This document shows positions 21,101 through 34,089 of a stretch of DNA of 64,000 bases, piece after piece. The stretch comes from Massalongia carnosa (lineage: Eukaryota). A program made the position numbers and the translations under genes. Position 1 is the stretch's first letter; each line of letters opens with the position of its first letter. A model generated the notes under the pieces. That model searched no databases and was not told the origin of the DNA. It was given only the letters and a program-made list of their open reading frames with translations. The stretch lies in assembly GCA_965645245.1 (NCBI GenBank), contig OZ287082.1, positions 868,001-932,000 of the forward strand. Direction: 5' to 3'.

Positions 21101-22117
21101 TGCTTTTCCAATCGTAGCTGCAAAGCTGTCGGGTCGAGTCCGCAGAAGAGTTTCGTATAGGTTTAATGCTTTTTGAACGTCTTCCGTTCGGTCCCAGACC
21201 CGGTGGCGTTCCATGTAGTGCTGAGCGTATTCGGCAAGCCACAGAGCATAGTTCGAATCAGTGTTGGCAGTCTGCCCCACGCTTCTGTTGTAGTAGTCCA
21301 GACAGTTTGCGGAATGATTTTCTTCGTGATTGATCTGGAATAGAGTGTGATGTGCAATGGCCGCGTTCCGCCAGATTGTTCCATATGGCATTGAAAGAAA
21401 CGGACGAAGCCGCTGGATCGCACGTTCGTGGTATTCCACCGCCTCTATCAACGAGCTGACCCGAAGAGTGTCCGACGGTAGTGTTGTCAAGCGAATAAAC
21501 TCTCCGAAGTTGGACAGCAGTTGCGCCTGTAGTGGATGATTCTCTGAGATATTGACTGCTCGAAGAAAATTGGATTTAGCCTCCAAGCGATCGTCTGAGC
21601 TTTTCGTTCGATTCCATCTTTGCTTTATGATGTAGCCTAGGTTGGTCACAAACGCACCTAACGCTGAGTGACTAGGCTCCGCGGCAGCGACGGCTCTACG
21701 AAAGAAGTGGACGGTAGTGTCGAGATCATCCGTCCTTCTCGTCTGCTCCCATTTAGCTTGACAGGCAAATGCCAGAGCACTCAACCGGTCCGGCCTATTA
21801 GAATCATCAGGCTTCGTGTACTTGACTGCTACCACGTATAATGCAATTGCTGCCTCGACTTCCTCGATTCTTCTGGTTGCTTTCCAACCCGCAACATGTT
21901 GGGCTGCACAGTGACTACACAGAATTGGACGGTCGGGGTGATCGCCAGCTTGCTGAACGGCACAGATCAATGATTGAGCGTTCCGGGGGAGACCTTCGAG
22001 CCAGCCATCTTTCTGGTAGAATTGACCGCTAAGTAAATCGTCGGAGAGCGTTTCGTCTTGCTTTAGCGTTCTTATTGCATGATCGAGCAGTGCTTGAGGG
22101 ATTCGATCCGAAGACAT
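18131..22117 (-). CDS. TPR-repeat + CHAT (caspase HetF associated with TPRs) cysteine protease, 1328 aa, intronless
   Basis: Repeated helical units (DLDTTVHFFRRAV, DLNRAIQTY, DLASAINLFRGSL); CHAT motifs WLW...P, RIYW..SG.LSLFPIHAAG, VISSYVPS, catalytic HFACHG and FLSACET, terminal WGAFVHMGP. Confidence 0.93.
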   Translation of the reverse strand: MSSDRIPQALLDHAIRTLKQDETLSDDLLSGQFYQKDGWLEGLPRNAQSLICAVQQAGDHPDRPILCSHCAAQHVAGWKATRRIEEVEAAIALYVVAVKYTKPDDSNRPDRLSALAFACQAKWEQTRRTDDLDTTVHFFRRAVAAAEPSHSALGAFVTNLGYIIKQRWNRTKSSDDRLEAKSNFLRAVNISENHPLQAQLLSNFGEFIRLTTLPSDTLRVSSLIEAVEYHERAIQRLRPFLSMPYGTIWRNAAIAHHTLFQINHEENHSANCLDYYNRSVGQTANTDSNYALWLAEYAQHYMERHRVWDRTEDVQKALNLYETLLRTRPDSFAATIGKADALRIIAGGEKDIAESRRIMSEACRLADSSVEMIKESSNSRGWAYYRTSAISSCRYDLDGERRYLDRAVDLSKLSLKYTEHEACWDFNRWCAQVCRSRHILDGSPGDLSQAFTAIYAAIDQLEEWDTANLASCIWVLGTCFTSQYNCSGDIQDLDQALNWLSAACIMPGNRHNLALTQNDLANALCIKFRQNSSVDDLNRAIQTYALSIKNLEKLSPEADHTDLAMLKNGMGHAMLERYLFWGSQEDLASAINLFRGSLSAADARSPRYAGRACNLSYSLILMFSLRPELRLLQDAQSYLVSVLNSPVGLGLNISQLVNCNLGSTYLRGYEITQNVADLDSALEHYEKVKNSSGADGRYRADVTMNIGVALHKKATRSGHFPDYIASVASFDEAVNHESLHDDHKTISRTNRAEVFNEIFEKFHDIDYGRRALKECSELASRKNARTDLLLRAANVASVLEVSVNSDYRKAYEQIRKAVNLLPQAMFMYSNRFEQLRLVRKYHYLPSSATALAMGASVPAAQIVLALEQSRAFIWNHFVLSATPLDTLRKAHPNLSSQFESLRSTLMSQTVSDSNSVIVGVLPAKDQIRLERHANADAYTRLLQTIRNENGFKDFLLPSIERNTTASSKDFPVVYLNISEYRCDALITSSQGAHAVALPKLRMADVVIQAQRMYEVQAGIMNDFLQACKSFEEVMLWLWTTTAKPILTYLEREHLFKHLRGKQRIYWISSGWLSLFPIHAAGDWKSSRSTQDCPSVHERVISSYVPSIGVLDFLRRRAEHLESKGNHDEALLVGMPQTPDMDETFNLDADVEVALIKSIIDKKIPVDDQLSPRLNEITSRLRTCEIAHFACHGVADHEDPSKSAIRLADWTDRPLNVRALMKMEIAHCRLVFLSACETAANKDLLLRDEGMHVAGGFNMAGVPHTISGMWKISDEASLELARAFYTELFGLDDHLRYQGTAEGLHASVDHLRDAGYHPVLWGAFVHMGP

Positions 22118-23412
22118 GCTGCAAGATCCATCTCCGTGCGTATCAAGAGATCTCGTGGGATAGGCAATGACGACGCGGCTATCGCCGTAGCCTCGTGCTC
22201 TAGTATTTGGCCTCTAGGCGCGACACCAGATGAGAGTTTCGTCGTTGCATCAAGTCCAACAAGCTATTATACCGCCCACTATACCGACAAAGAACGGACG
22301 AGCGACAGAAGAGTTGTGATGAGGCTGAACTTCGTCACAGGGTTGCGCTAGTCGCCAGGCTATTCCGAAACGGAATGGGCTTTCCCAAGAGCGCCTGCGA
22401 ATTCGAGAAGACTCCCCTCCCCCCAGCGAAAATCATTCCAAATTAGGACTAGCTACCAGCCACCTCTCCATACTAAATAATTAGGTGCATTCATTAATAA
22501 TATTACAGGTATAGGCAGCCAACTCTCTGTATAAATTTATCACTATGATAGGTAGACCGCCCTTCTTCTCTCCCTTATCTTTTTCTTTGCTATGACCCTC
22601 ACATCAACGTCCCTGTATGCACGTTTGCAAAGAACTATAGCGAGTTTACCGTCGTCTCATCGTCTTCCTCCGAATGAGAGTAAAATCTTTATCTCCTGAG
22701 AGGAGGGAAAACCCCGCCTTCAGAATTATGCCTTTACTCAAGGCTTTGCATTGATCACAGAGACTAATGATAAGAAGAATCATCTCGTTATACTAGATTG
22801 CACCCGTCGTCACAAAAGAGAAAGAAACACTAAAAAGCTAGAGGAGAAGGACCGCGTACGAAAAAACACGATGGTCTCGTTCAACGCGTGCAAATATCGA
22901 CTAAGTCTGAAGCAAAATAAAGACGAATCGTGAAGATTAATCATCACCAACCCTGATCACAATCACGAGATACTTCAAATCCCTTCAATTTCAAAGAGCA
23001 TCGTAGTCAAGACCTCGATCGAGCAAAGCAACTGTCCTAGATCAAGCAAAAAGTCTTCGTGATGCATCAACTAGATACGATCAAGCATCTCGCGTTTTGG
23101 GAATGACTGGCCTGCGCCTTTCGAAGAAGGATTATTACAATCTGGCTCGATCTCAAAGCAAACATACACCTGAAGAAGAATTGATCTATACACTTGGATT
23201 TGTAGAAGAAGAAGGATTTCATGTACGGGCTTTAGAGAAATATCTCGTTGAAAACAATAGAAGAGTTGCGGGGGCAACCGCCCAAAAGGGGCAACTGCCC
23301 AAAAAATGCCCCATCGTGAATAAATCATAGAAAATCAACCACTTCCGAAAACTCTCCATACGATTTTGCAGGTGAAAATTCGATCAATTTTCTATCAACA
23401 TTAGCTATCATC

Positions 23413-24980
23413 ATGGTTCGAAATTATAAGCCGAAACGTCCAAACCCCGAGTACTTTGACGACCCTGACGATATAGCTCCCCCACCAGACGTCGACTACG
23501 ACACTCGAATGGAACGTGCCCTAGAGATTTGGACCACTGGCCAAGCTTCTAATATGCCTATAAGTCTTCGTGAAGCAGCTAGGCTTCAAGGGGTGGTATG
23601 GGAGACTTTACGAGATCGAAAAAATGGTGCTATATCGAAAAAAGCAGCCAACCATGCCATGCAAAAGCTCACTCCGCTAGAGGAAGACGTTCTTGTCAGT
23701 TATATCGTCGTTCTAGCTAGCTGGGGATATCCACCCACCCATCAACAGCTCCTAAAGATGGCGTACGAGCTCCTTCAAGCGTAGGGCGACATGAACCCCC
23801 TAGGGCACACCTGGATCCAGCAGTTTATGGACCGTCACCCAAGCCTTAAGTCAAAAGTCATCAGTCCTATCGAAAAAGAGCGTACTCTAGCTACAGATCC
23901 CGCTACCATTCTACGCTACCTCGAGCTCTATAAGAATCCTGTGGAGCAGTACGATATTGACACCGAAAACCAATACAATATGGATGAGAAAGGAGTTGTA
24001 ATGGGGGTCATTGGCAAGACAAGGGTTATAATACCCAAAAAGGAGATATCTCGGTACATGACGGCTTGTGGGAATCGAGAGTGGGTGACTCTTATTGAAG
24101 CTATTGGGCTTAGTGAGAGGTCTCTTAAACCATGGGTTATTCAAGGGCAAACAACAGATGAAAGCTTGGTGGGACGCCTTTAAAACCGGCCATATATCAG
24201 TCTCGGAGAATGGTTGGACAGATAATGAGCTTTGTTTTGAGTGGTTAAAGCGGTGCTTTGAACCAGAGACTCGTCCAACGACTCCTAGCAAGTGGAGACT
24301 CCTTATATTCGACGGCCATGGGTCTCATCTTACAGGGAAAGCTATCGATTTTTGTTTAGAGCATAAGATTCTCTGTCTTTGCTTGCCAGCTCACATTACT
24401 CACCTCGTACAGCCTCTCGACGTCGGGGTATTTAGGCTTTTGGCTCACTACTACAAGACAGCGGTTCGAGAACAGGGTCGATTCAATATTACATATCAAA
24501 TATCAAAATTCGACTTCCTAGAGCTAATTCAAGAAGCTCGAGTAAAGGCAATTACACTAGAGAATGTCATTAAAGCGTGGCACGCTACTGGCCATATGCC
24601 CTACAACCCGTCTGTCGTCCCTCAACAAATACCCTCTTCGATACCAAGCTCTGAACCCTCAATTATGAGCTTATATTCATCCTCCTTTCAACCTCCCGCG
24701 ACGTCTACAAGTGGAAGCAGGCCAACAACTAGAGATTGGAACTGCTCTCGTACCCCTTTCAGCTGCTACTCCTGCTAATATCGTGGACGTCGACAAGCTT
24801 TTCGCCGGAGCAAAGCTAGCTAGCGTTCAAGTGGAGTTTGACTACTGGGAGCAAGTTGCCCTTAAGCTTGCTAAAGCATGTGGCCAGAAGATGGCTCTAA
24901 GTACGAATTCAAGGGCAAACTATTACGGAGCTCGTAGAGGCTGGAAAGCAAAAGAGGAAGAAGAAATGGAGAAGTCATGA
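23413..24980 (+). pseudogene. Fot1-like DDE transposase with a stop and frameshifts
   Basis: HTH region SLREAARLQGV..ETLRDR, KLTPLEE; NMDEKG, LIFDGHGSH, QPLDVGVF split over several ORFs. Confidence 0.88.
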
Positions 24981-26005
24981 GGCCTACGGAGAGGCCAAGG
25001 TTATGGACAAGGAGACGGCGGAGCGAATCGAGGCCGAAAAGCAGGAGAAACGACAGGCCAAGAAGGCCAAAGCTTGGGAGTCATGGAAGAAAGCGAACCA
25101 AAGTCAAGAGAATACTCTTTGGAAGCAGTTCCTCTCGTGGACGCCTCGACTATGTGGAGGGGAGGCTGTTACACTACCACCATCGCCAAAGAAGACCCAG
25201 GTTGGCACTCAAAACCACATAATCAACCCTAGCGCCAAGCTCTCCCTTAACCCTACCGATACGGAGACGTTTACGGCTCGAGAGCGCCTCGAAATTGAGT
25301 TCTCACCCACCAGAAAAACCCTAGGCAAGCCTCTAAGGCCAAGGAATCAACGAGAAAGGCAGGTTTTAGAGGGCAAAGGAGTACAGACAGGGCCGGTGGA
25401 CCCTCCGCAAGGTGGCCAAGGGGAAGCTCCAAAAGAACCACTCAAGAGTACGCGTGGCAGAGTTATTAAGGCCAGAGTTATATGGGAACCAAAGGGCAAT
25501 TAATAAGGCAATTGATGGTTGTGGGCGGTGGGTTTTTTCAAATTGTAATGCTAGTAGTACTTAGATTTCGCCTGTAGTTGTACCAAAAGCTTTGTACCTT
25601 TTCATCTCTATTTAAAACGGGGAATATCACTCGGGTTTAATACATCAAATAAGTGTGAGACTTTAAACCAACTTTAAGTCAAATTAGGAAGGAGCGAAGG
25701 TAGGTACATAAAGTGGCCATAAAGACGTCCACGGCGAACAAGTATTTCTGGATAAAAACATACCAAATTCTTTAGCAAAGCTCCCCAAAAGTACCTCCGC
25801 CACCGTTCAAAAGAGTGAATTGCATATGCCACTCAAAAGCTTCGATACGCCCTAAGCTTTTGAACCCTCCCCCTCCTGCCCGCCTTCTTGGCTGTCTCCT
25901 TCCGTAGTACTCCCTTCACTTGTTCCTTCGTCCTGGCACCACCAAAGGACGCTCCCTGTCCACCACTCTCTGCTTCCACGCTCTGACAAAAGAGAATCAC
26001 TTTTA

Positions 26006-29000
26006 CTTTGGATTGACAATAGCGACGGTCCACCTAGCCTTATCGGAGGCCGGCCTTACAATAGGCCGCCCCCCTGAATCCTAATGCGGTAAGGTGGTTA
26101 AGGAGGTGTTTGCTATAGCAAACAATCTGGTCAATAAGGTCCTCGGGAGGACACCCTCGCAATTTCCTTCTAGATAGCATTAATATAATCACCTTTCAAA
26201 GCCTTCAGTCTGCTACTAAGCCTCCTGTAATCAAAGGATTATGAGCCCGGCTAGACGCTAGGGAAGTGCTATATAATCTCTTCTCTTCCTACATATCTAG
26301 TCCTTTTTCCTTGTAGGCCAATTATCAAGCCTCAAAGAACCTCCTCAGCTGTCGGTGCTTAGGCTTCAACAATGGGACCAGAAACCTATCAGATAAAGCC
26401 GTTGATAGGTGAAAAGAACTACAATGTATGGAAGGAGGAGGTGAAAGGCCTCCTCAGTTTAGACGAACTGTGGGATATAGTTAAAGGGGAAGAACTCCGA
26501 CCCTTAATGCTCCGCCTCGACCAGTGGACTCCCCTTCTAAGATAGAGGATGGAGTCACCACCCCGGCCATAGTAGTGACACAAAGCACTATTGAGCGGTG
26601 GGAGGACAAACTGGAGGCCTTCGAGGACAAACAGAAGAAATGGGACAAGCGAAGGGTAAAAGCAGCTACCAAGATATACTTGAACTGTGGAACAGGCCCT
26701 CGAATCCATATAGAGGGCCTGGAAGACCCAAAAGAGATGTGGGATGTACTGGAAAAGCATTACAAAGCAACAAGTCTGGCCACTAGAGACCTGGCCTTCC
26801 TTCAACTTCGTGCTAGCCAATCAGATTTCAAATCCATTCAGGAGTACGCCGAACACCTAAAGAAGGCCCACTCCCAGTTGATACAACTCGGTCACAAGTT
26901 ACCAGACTGGGTTCTCTCTACCTCGTTCCGACTTGGTCTTAAACCGGACCTGGAACCTTATATCTTCAGTCTCGTAGAGACTGCAAGAGCAAACATGAGG
27001 GAGTTAGACGTTGACGAGATGATGATGGCCTTAATAGATCATGATAACCGCCAACAAAACTTAGAGAAATCCAACAAGGCACTGACGGCTAAGTTCAACA
27101 GGAAGGAAAAGAAAGAAGAAGATAAGAAGAGCAAAAAGGAGAAAAAGGAGAAAAATACCAATTCGTCAAAATGTGAATACTATGACGGTCCTGGCCACAA
27201 CAAGACCAATTGCTATTAGGAAACCGGCCCCATCTAAGGAAAACTTGATGAAGAATAAGAAGGAGGATAGGAAGGAGGATAAGGACAAGAAGGAATCTAA
27301 TCCCTCGTCCAAATCAGCCTTCGTTCCAAGATCAATGATAACCAAGAGCCTCTTTACTAACGTCCATAAGTCTCAAAATAGGGATCGTACCTGGTGGATA
27401 GACTCGGCTTCCGATGTCCATATTTGCTATGACAAAGACCTATTTGATGACTATCAATCAATTAGAGGGAAGGTCATAAAAACGGCCAACTCCACTGACA
27501 TGATTATTAAAGGAAAAGGATCTGTTACCCTGTATCTAGACGTGGATGGTGAATCAAAGGCTGTATGCCTAAAGGATGTCCATCACGTACCCGAGTCAGC
27601 ATACAATCTGTTTTCTGTAGGTGTTATTGAGTCGAAAGGATTCGAATTTCGAGTAGGAAAAGGAAGAACTGAATGTTTTGCCCCTGACGGAGAACTCTGT
27701 CTTACTGGTACTCGTCAGTCTTCTGGATCCACACACTCGATCGACCTGGACCAATCAAAGACCTTAAATACCTCTTACAAATCCTCTGACAATGTCTCGT
27801 GGACGGTGGGGCACCGACGATTAGCCCATCTCAACATGAAGGACGTCAAGATTTTAGCTAAACTCTCCACTGGCATTGATGCAATTAAGGCTGATAAATG
27901 TGAATCAGCAGAACCTAAAATCAACGTGTGTCCATCATGTGCAATAGGAAAACAACATCGAAATCCAGTTAGAATTCAACGACTAAAGGCCACCAACATC
28001 GGTGAAATCGTACATACCGACATTGCTGGCGGGGGGGACTTACCTCAGACAATTGGGGGAGCCAAGTATGCTGCCTCCTTCGTTGATGGTTTTACTGACT
28101 GGACGGTGATTTACCTTCTGAAGAAAAAATCCGAATTAAAGGAGGTCCTAAAGGACTATTTAGCATGGATGAAGACACAAGGACACCCGGTCAAACTTAT
28201 GCGCAGTGACAACGGAGGGGAGTATGCTGCCATCAGACCTTACAAATTTTGAAGGACAATGGCATCGAGTGGGATGCGACAGCACCACACAATCCGAATC
28301 AGAATGGGGTAGTCGAGAGGTGCTTTCGCACCCTCTTCGAGCGAACCCGTGCGATTCTTAGTGACAGTGGAATGCCTTCTAATCAATGGGGGGAGGCTAT
28401 TTCCTACGTTACTTACCTGAAAAACAGGAGTCCAAGGCATGGTGATAAAACACCCTTCGAACTGATGTATGGCAGACAGCCAGACTTGTCGGGTGCTCGT
28501 ATCTTCGGGTGCGTAGCATACTCTTACAATGTTGACCCTCAGAAGAAGAAGCTGGACGACAGAAGCATCAAATGCAGATTTCTTGGCCTTCAAGACAACA
28601 ACAAGTATCGCCTTTGGGACCTCACCTCCAAGAAACTCATCATTTCGGCACACGTGCTATAGGACGAGACCGCATCCCTTTCGGTTGAAGAATTGGGGGA
28701 TGGTGGCGACGACTATGGCTTCTTACAATTCTTCTACCGAAATGGTGACGACGAGGTGGACACATCAGGGGTGATAATTTATGCAAATGAAGAGGAGGAA
28801 CTCGTTGATGAGGAACCAACTAAACGGCCTTTAGAACCGGAATTTGCAGATGAAGGAACCGGGAGAGAGGACGATGATAAATCAGAAAGTTCGGAAAATT
28901 CCGAGGACTCACAAGTAGCCGACCTGACCTCTGGGTCATCAACTGCTCCTTTTACGGGCCAATTTACTAGTAATTCCGAGCAGTCGATCAAATCCGCACC

Positions 29001-31035
29001 AGGACAGGTACCTCAGGAACCTAGACCACCACCTCCACCAACATCATCATCCCGACCATCCCGACCATCCCGAAACACCTCTCGACCCGATTATGCTAAA
29101 TTAGCTGATCCATGGTCTAAGAAAGGAGGTAACAAGGGATTCGCATTGAGAGCTCTTAAGGCCTCCTTGAACGACCTCACCGTCCCCAGCACCTACAAGG
29201 AGGCCATTCAGTCTTCAGAGGCTACCGAATGGATCTGAGCATCAGAGGAGGAGGTTGAATCTCATTCCATCAACGGGACCTGGGACCTGGAAATTCCACC
29301 ACCTGGTAGGAAGATCCTCCCTGGTGGATGGGTTTATACCACCAAACTCGGTCCGGATGGGGAAATATCTCGATATAAGGCCCGATGGGTAGGTAAAGGT
29401 TTTTGCCAGATAGAAGGCATTGACTATAATCAAACCTATGCCAGCGTGGTCAAATCAATGACATGGAAGGCCCTGCTAGCTATAGCGGCTAGATATGACC
29501 TGGAGGGCGAACAGATCGACGTGGTCACCGCTTTCCTTGAGGCCCCTCTAAAAGAGGAGGTCTGGATGGAACAACCCCATAGGTTTGTCAAACCAGGGGG
29601 ATTGCTTGTCACTCAAAGAAGGCCATGTATGGTCTCAAGCAGGCCCCCGTAAATGGTATTCCACCCTCACTGACTATCTTATCACCATGGGCTATAGGAG
29701 AATAAACGAGGACCATTCGGTCTATATTCATCAACAAAATGGCATCATAATAGCGATTTATGTGGATGATCTACTTCTCATCGGACCCTCTCTTTCGGAC
29801 ATCAGTCTCTTGAAGACAGAATTGTCTCACCGATTCCGGATCAAGGATCTCGGACCAATTAATTTCTATTTAGGGATGCACGTCACTCGGGACCGGCCAA
29901 ATAGAAGAATATATGTTCATCAATCGGCGTACATTAGGCGGGTCATCGATACAGTCGACATGTCCGATTGCAAATCCGTCAAAACACCCATGGAGACCAA
30001 TCTTCTTCTGGTCAAGAATTACTATAAAGGCAAGATATACGAGGCCACAAATAGAGAGATCAAGGCATATCAAATGCTTATTGGATCTCTATTGTGGTTA
30101 GTATGTATGTCTCGGCCGGATATTGCTTACTCGGTGAATCGCTGCAGTAGATACTCAATCAATCCTACCCCCTATCAAGGCGCAATTTTAAAAAGAATCA
30201 TTCGACATTTGGCTGGAACAAGGGACCTAGGCCTATGTTTTGGATCCTCCTATGAGGGTATTCACACCGATTTAATCGGTTATACTGATGCCTCTTATGG
30301 AGACTGTCTGGACACTAGGAGATCCACTTCCGCCTATGTCTTCCTCCTGAACAGCGGACCAATCAGCTGGTCAACGAAACGCCAGGCCTCGGTGGCCACC
30401 TCCACAGCTGAGGCTGAGTATATGGGGGAGTGCCATGCTGGCAAGGAGGCTGTCTTCTTGGCGAATGCCTTGAAATCCTTGGGATATGGTGTCAATGACC
30501 CCGTCCCTCTGAAAGCTGACAATAAGGCGGCTATAAAGCTAGCCGACAACCCCATCAATCATCCTCGGGCCAAACACATCGATATCCAGTATCATAAGAC
30601 GAGGGAGCTGATCGCTGAGGGAGCTATTCAAATTAGCTATGTGCCCACTAAGGATATGATAGCTGATGGACTAACCAAGCCTCTACCGTGGATCTCCTTT
30701 CGAAGGTTCATCGATCAGATGAATATGACCACTGCCTCTGAGGCATCAAATCAATGAGGTTGATTCAAACTTCTGGAGATTGGAACCTTCCTATTGTGAG
30801 GGAGCTTTGGATTGACAGTAGCGACAGTCCACCTAGCCTTATCGGAGGCCGGCCTTACAATAGGCCGCCCCCCTGAATCCTAATGCAGTAAGGTGGATAA
30901 GGAGGTGTTTGCTATAGCAAACAATCTGGTCAATAAGGTCCTCGGGAGGACCCCCTCGAACTTTCCTTCTAGATAGCATTAATTTAATCACCTTTCAAAG
31001 CCTTCAGTCTGCTACTAAGCCTCCTGTAATCAAAG
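26006..31035 (+). mobile_element. Ty1/copia element B, decayed, inserted in the Fot1 element
   Basis: 231-bp LTRs at 26006-26236 and 30805-31035 (about 8 substitutions by eye); PBS GATTATGAGCCC at 26237-26248; PPT GTGAGGGAG. Confidence 0.92.
26372..30757 (+). pseudogene. Copia B gag-pol with several frameshifts and stops
   Basis: WWIDSASDVH (protease), HRRLAHLN, RSDNGGEY and QNGVVER (integrase), YVDDLLL (RT), GYTDASY and KHIDIQYH (RNase H). Confidence 0.9.
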
Positions 31036-31611
31036 CTTTATAATCCACTTCGCACCAAATATCCACTCCAGCCCGCATCCAAGAGTCGATTTTTGGGCTG
31101 TCCCGAACCAAAATCCACCCAAAATGGCTTGTAGAATTGACCTCGCATAGAGAGATACTGGTTCTATGGCGTGAAGAGGTAGGTTCGCGATATTTGAGGA
31201 TGTATTGGTGGTTGAGTGCAAAACAAACCGAATCGGGGATATCGAATGGGACGACTTCTAGATTTTTAGCACTCGCCAGAGCTGAAAAAGGGATATACTA
31301 ACAGATAATCTCTGCTCTCCCAGAGCGTACGCTTCGATCCATTGCTTTTATAACGATTTATATGGTGTGGTTGTTGAATAAATTATGAAAAAGGAGCAAT
31401 GGGGCACTTTTTGGGCGGTTGCCCCCGCAACTCTTCTACTCCCCGAAGACGTGTTGTTGAAAATTTCTTTTTCTTTAACGCTGAACAGATCCGACTGACT
31501 AGACGATTCGTCATTGAATTTTTGATTGAAACGGATGCTACGTTCAATACAAATCAGTTGGACTTACCTCTATCGATGTGAATTGACATCATCAACACTA
31601 ATCAGACTTTC

Positions 31612-33350
31612 TGTAATAGGGTAGGCCTAGTATACGTTCGTTGAGGCCTGCTGGGTCAGAAACCTCTACGTGGTGCAGGCTATCAACAACCTCCTCGGTA
31701 GTGGCCAATATCTGATCATCGCCAACGCGGAAGTCCACCTCGGTGGCCATTTGAACGATCAACGTCTCTACTGATCATTCGTCACCTCGAACGCACACAT
31801 ACAAAGCCCATTCATTCGGAATGGCCACACCCCTCAGGCGGAAGCCTTTTACCTCATCGAAAAAGCCCATTCATTCGGAATGGCCACACCCCTCAGGCGG
31901 AAGCCTTTCACCACATCGAAAAAGCCTATCAAGCTGGTTATCGCTTAGATATGCGTAAGCTTTCCAGCTTATTTGTTAGGTAGGTTTACGTTCTAAAGGA
32001 GACTCGTTTTGGATTTGATAAATTGATCTGGTTTATCTAGGATGGTTGTTGATGATAGAAATCATCTCTAGCTAAATATCTATTTTATCTTATCCCATCA
32101 CCTTTTGTGCGTACTCGGTAGCCAGCCATTCACTAAGTGCAACACTTGCTAACCGAGTGACACTTCTATTAGTGGTGATATTGGCAGGCCACCTACCAAT
32201 TAGTGTGGTCTAATCGGTTAACAAAGCCCTTTCATTTAGAATGGCCATACTTACACACCTTTATTTATACGATACCATTATCTGCCCTCGATCACGGTCA
32301 GTCTTTCCTCCATTGAATCAAAACATTTAAAGAGAGAGAACGTTCGTCGAACGTGTGGAAATACACCGTCTAGTTCATCGAGTCTATAGGATTCCTAGCG
32401 CTTGAAGATCTAGGTGTATGCACCGCGTGGTAGAAGGACGGTCTCATTGCGTTCAACATGGAACAAGGGAGTGGTTTTACCCTGGGGGCCAGGTTTCCAC
32501 TTCTTGACTGTTGTTTATGTACATAAAGAGCAGTCACAGCGTCATATCCTTAGGATGCATACGCTTAATGAATTAATAATAAATAATACGTTCGTTGAAC
32601 GTAAGACTGGCCTATGTGGCTATGTGGGATACGTAACCCAGTTAGGCATAGTGTGGGGACTTAACTTATTATGGAGGTGTTTTCGTAGTACACGAAGTGT
32701 CAGGCAGCTTGTCCTGATATTATTCAGTAGCTATGAACTAGAATTTAACTACAAGGAAGGAAAGAAAAGAATAATCATCGCTGAATCCTAAACATAATCT
32801 ACCGTGGCGCGCTAGCCAGTCAAGCGACGCGCGCTACTGCTTAGGCGAGTCACCCTATCCCGTGACTGTCGGGTCAGGCCAGGATCCTGACACTATCCCC
32901 CCTTCTATGGACGACGTCTCGGAGTCGTGAATAATTCGCTCCGTTAATCCAGTTCTTGGCTAAAAGAAACGAATAATCGCTTATTCATGGCTAAGCCTCA
33001 TCGGGTCCATCTACTGAAACCGTAGATGGTCTGACTTTATCGATCGTCTGATCCATCCCTGTGAGGTCCTCTGGCGCCTTCGGTTTTCGAGGATGTTCTC
33101 TATGATGTTGCAGAACCTTTTCGATAGACTTTCTGAAGTCGGTCCATGGTTGCCAAGGTGGGTCGGCGTTTCATTCGTCCCAATTTCCAATATATGTGGC
33201 CTTATACTGTACCCCAAATTTCCTTGTCTCTCGACAGTCCACTATCTCTAAGATTTCCCACTCTTCGTGTGTTGCCTCCTCATCGTTCTCGGTGGTCAAG
33301 ACAGGGTTTCCTGCTTCAGAAAAGGTATGAAGTCATCAAAAAACGTTAAT
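31612..33350 (-). mobile_element. Degenerate gypsy 3' end: chromodomain remnant, PPT and probable LTR leftward from 32892
   Basis: Minus strand encodes GNWDE*NADPPWQPWTDF, like ORF 14-2182; AGAAGGGGGGATAG-TGTCAGG junction; left boundary at TGTAAT (31612) is tentative. Confidence 0.65.
31803..31925. repeat. About 60-bp direct repeat, two copies, with a partial third near 32223
   Basis: AAAGCCCATTCATTCGGAATGGCCACACCCCTCAGGCGGAAGCCTTT occurs twice. Confidence 0.85.
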
Positions 33351-34089
33351 AAGGGCCAACTCACTCCTATTTCCAGGAGTATTTTACTAGCTATTATCAA
33401 CGTCAGAAGTGTTAGTTTGTGTTGAATGTTCAACTTCTACCAGCATTGCCTAGCCGATAGATTAGATAAGATCAGATCTAATCTAATCGCATAGAGGCTC
33501 GGATAAACTATTATCATCTCGCTTAGCAGAGGTGACCAATATAAAGGGAACAGATTGCTCTGCACTCCGTAGCAACTCTGCATCCTTAACATCATGGTCA
33601 TACAGGCCCCTATCTTTACATAGTCATATAGCCATAGTCATAGACCTATTCAACAGGTTATGAGCCCGGAAGGGCGCTATTGATCATACAGGAATCAAAG
33701 CAATTCTTATCCGCAGCATCACGATGCAAAATCATTAGCTGAGCATCATTATCCTTTCTCGAAAAGAACTAGACGGACAATGCAAAGACTAAATCTCTAC
33801 TTGTTTACAAACCTGAATCAGGCGGGATTCGCACCCGCAAGTCTAGCTAGTTGAACAGCTTCGTGAAAGCACATCATGACAACCTCTCAATCAGATAGAG
33901 ACGTTTAACAACAACGCCACCTGATCCAGCGTTCCCTACCTACAAAGGGTTATCAGAAAGAGCATGGAAATCGTCTACATCATAAGCAGAGAGGCTCTTT
34001 GCCAGACTACAAGCATCAGAAGACATTCTCTTCATATCAGACCATCAGAATGCTCTCATGCCCGAATATCTGAGAGGCACTCCGGAGGA

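Larger units (their letters stand above)
23260..31436 (+). mobile_element. Fot1/pogo-type DNA transposon inserted in the MULE transposase
   Basis: TIR GAAGAGTTGCGGGGGCAACCGCCCAAAA at both ends, flanked by TA (23258-59, 31437-38); the MULE frame YLVENN/TPRRRVV rejoins across the empty site. Confidence 0.92.

Noticed and set aside
33815..33845. tRNA T-arm-like antisense segment GGCGGGATTCGCACCCGC
   Set aside because: No rest of a cloverleaf; too short to call a tRNA or SINE
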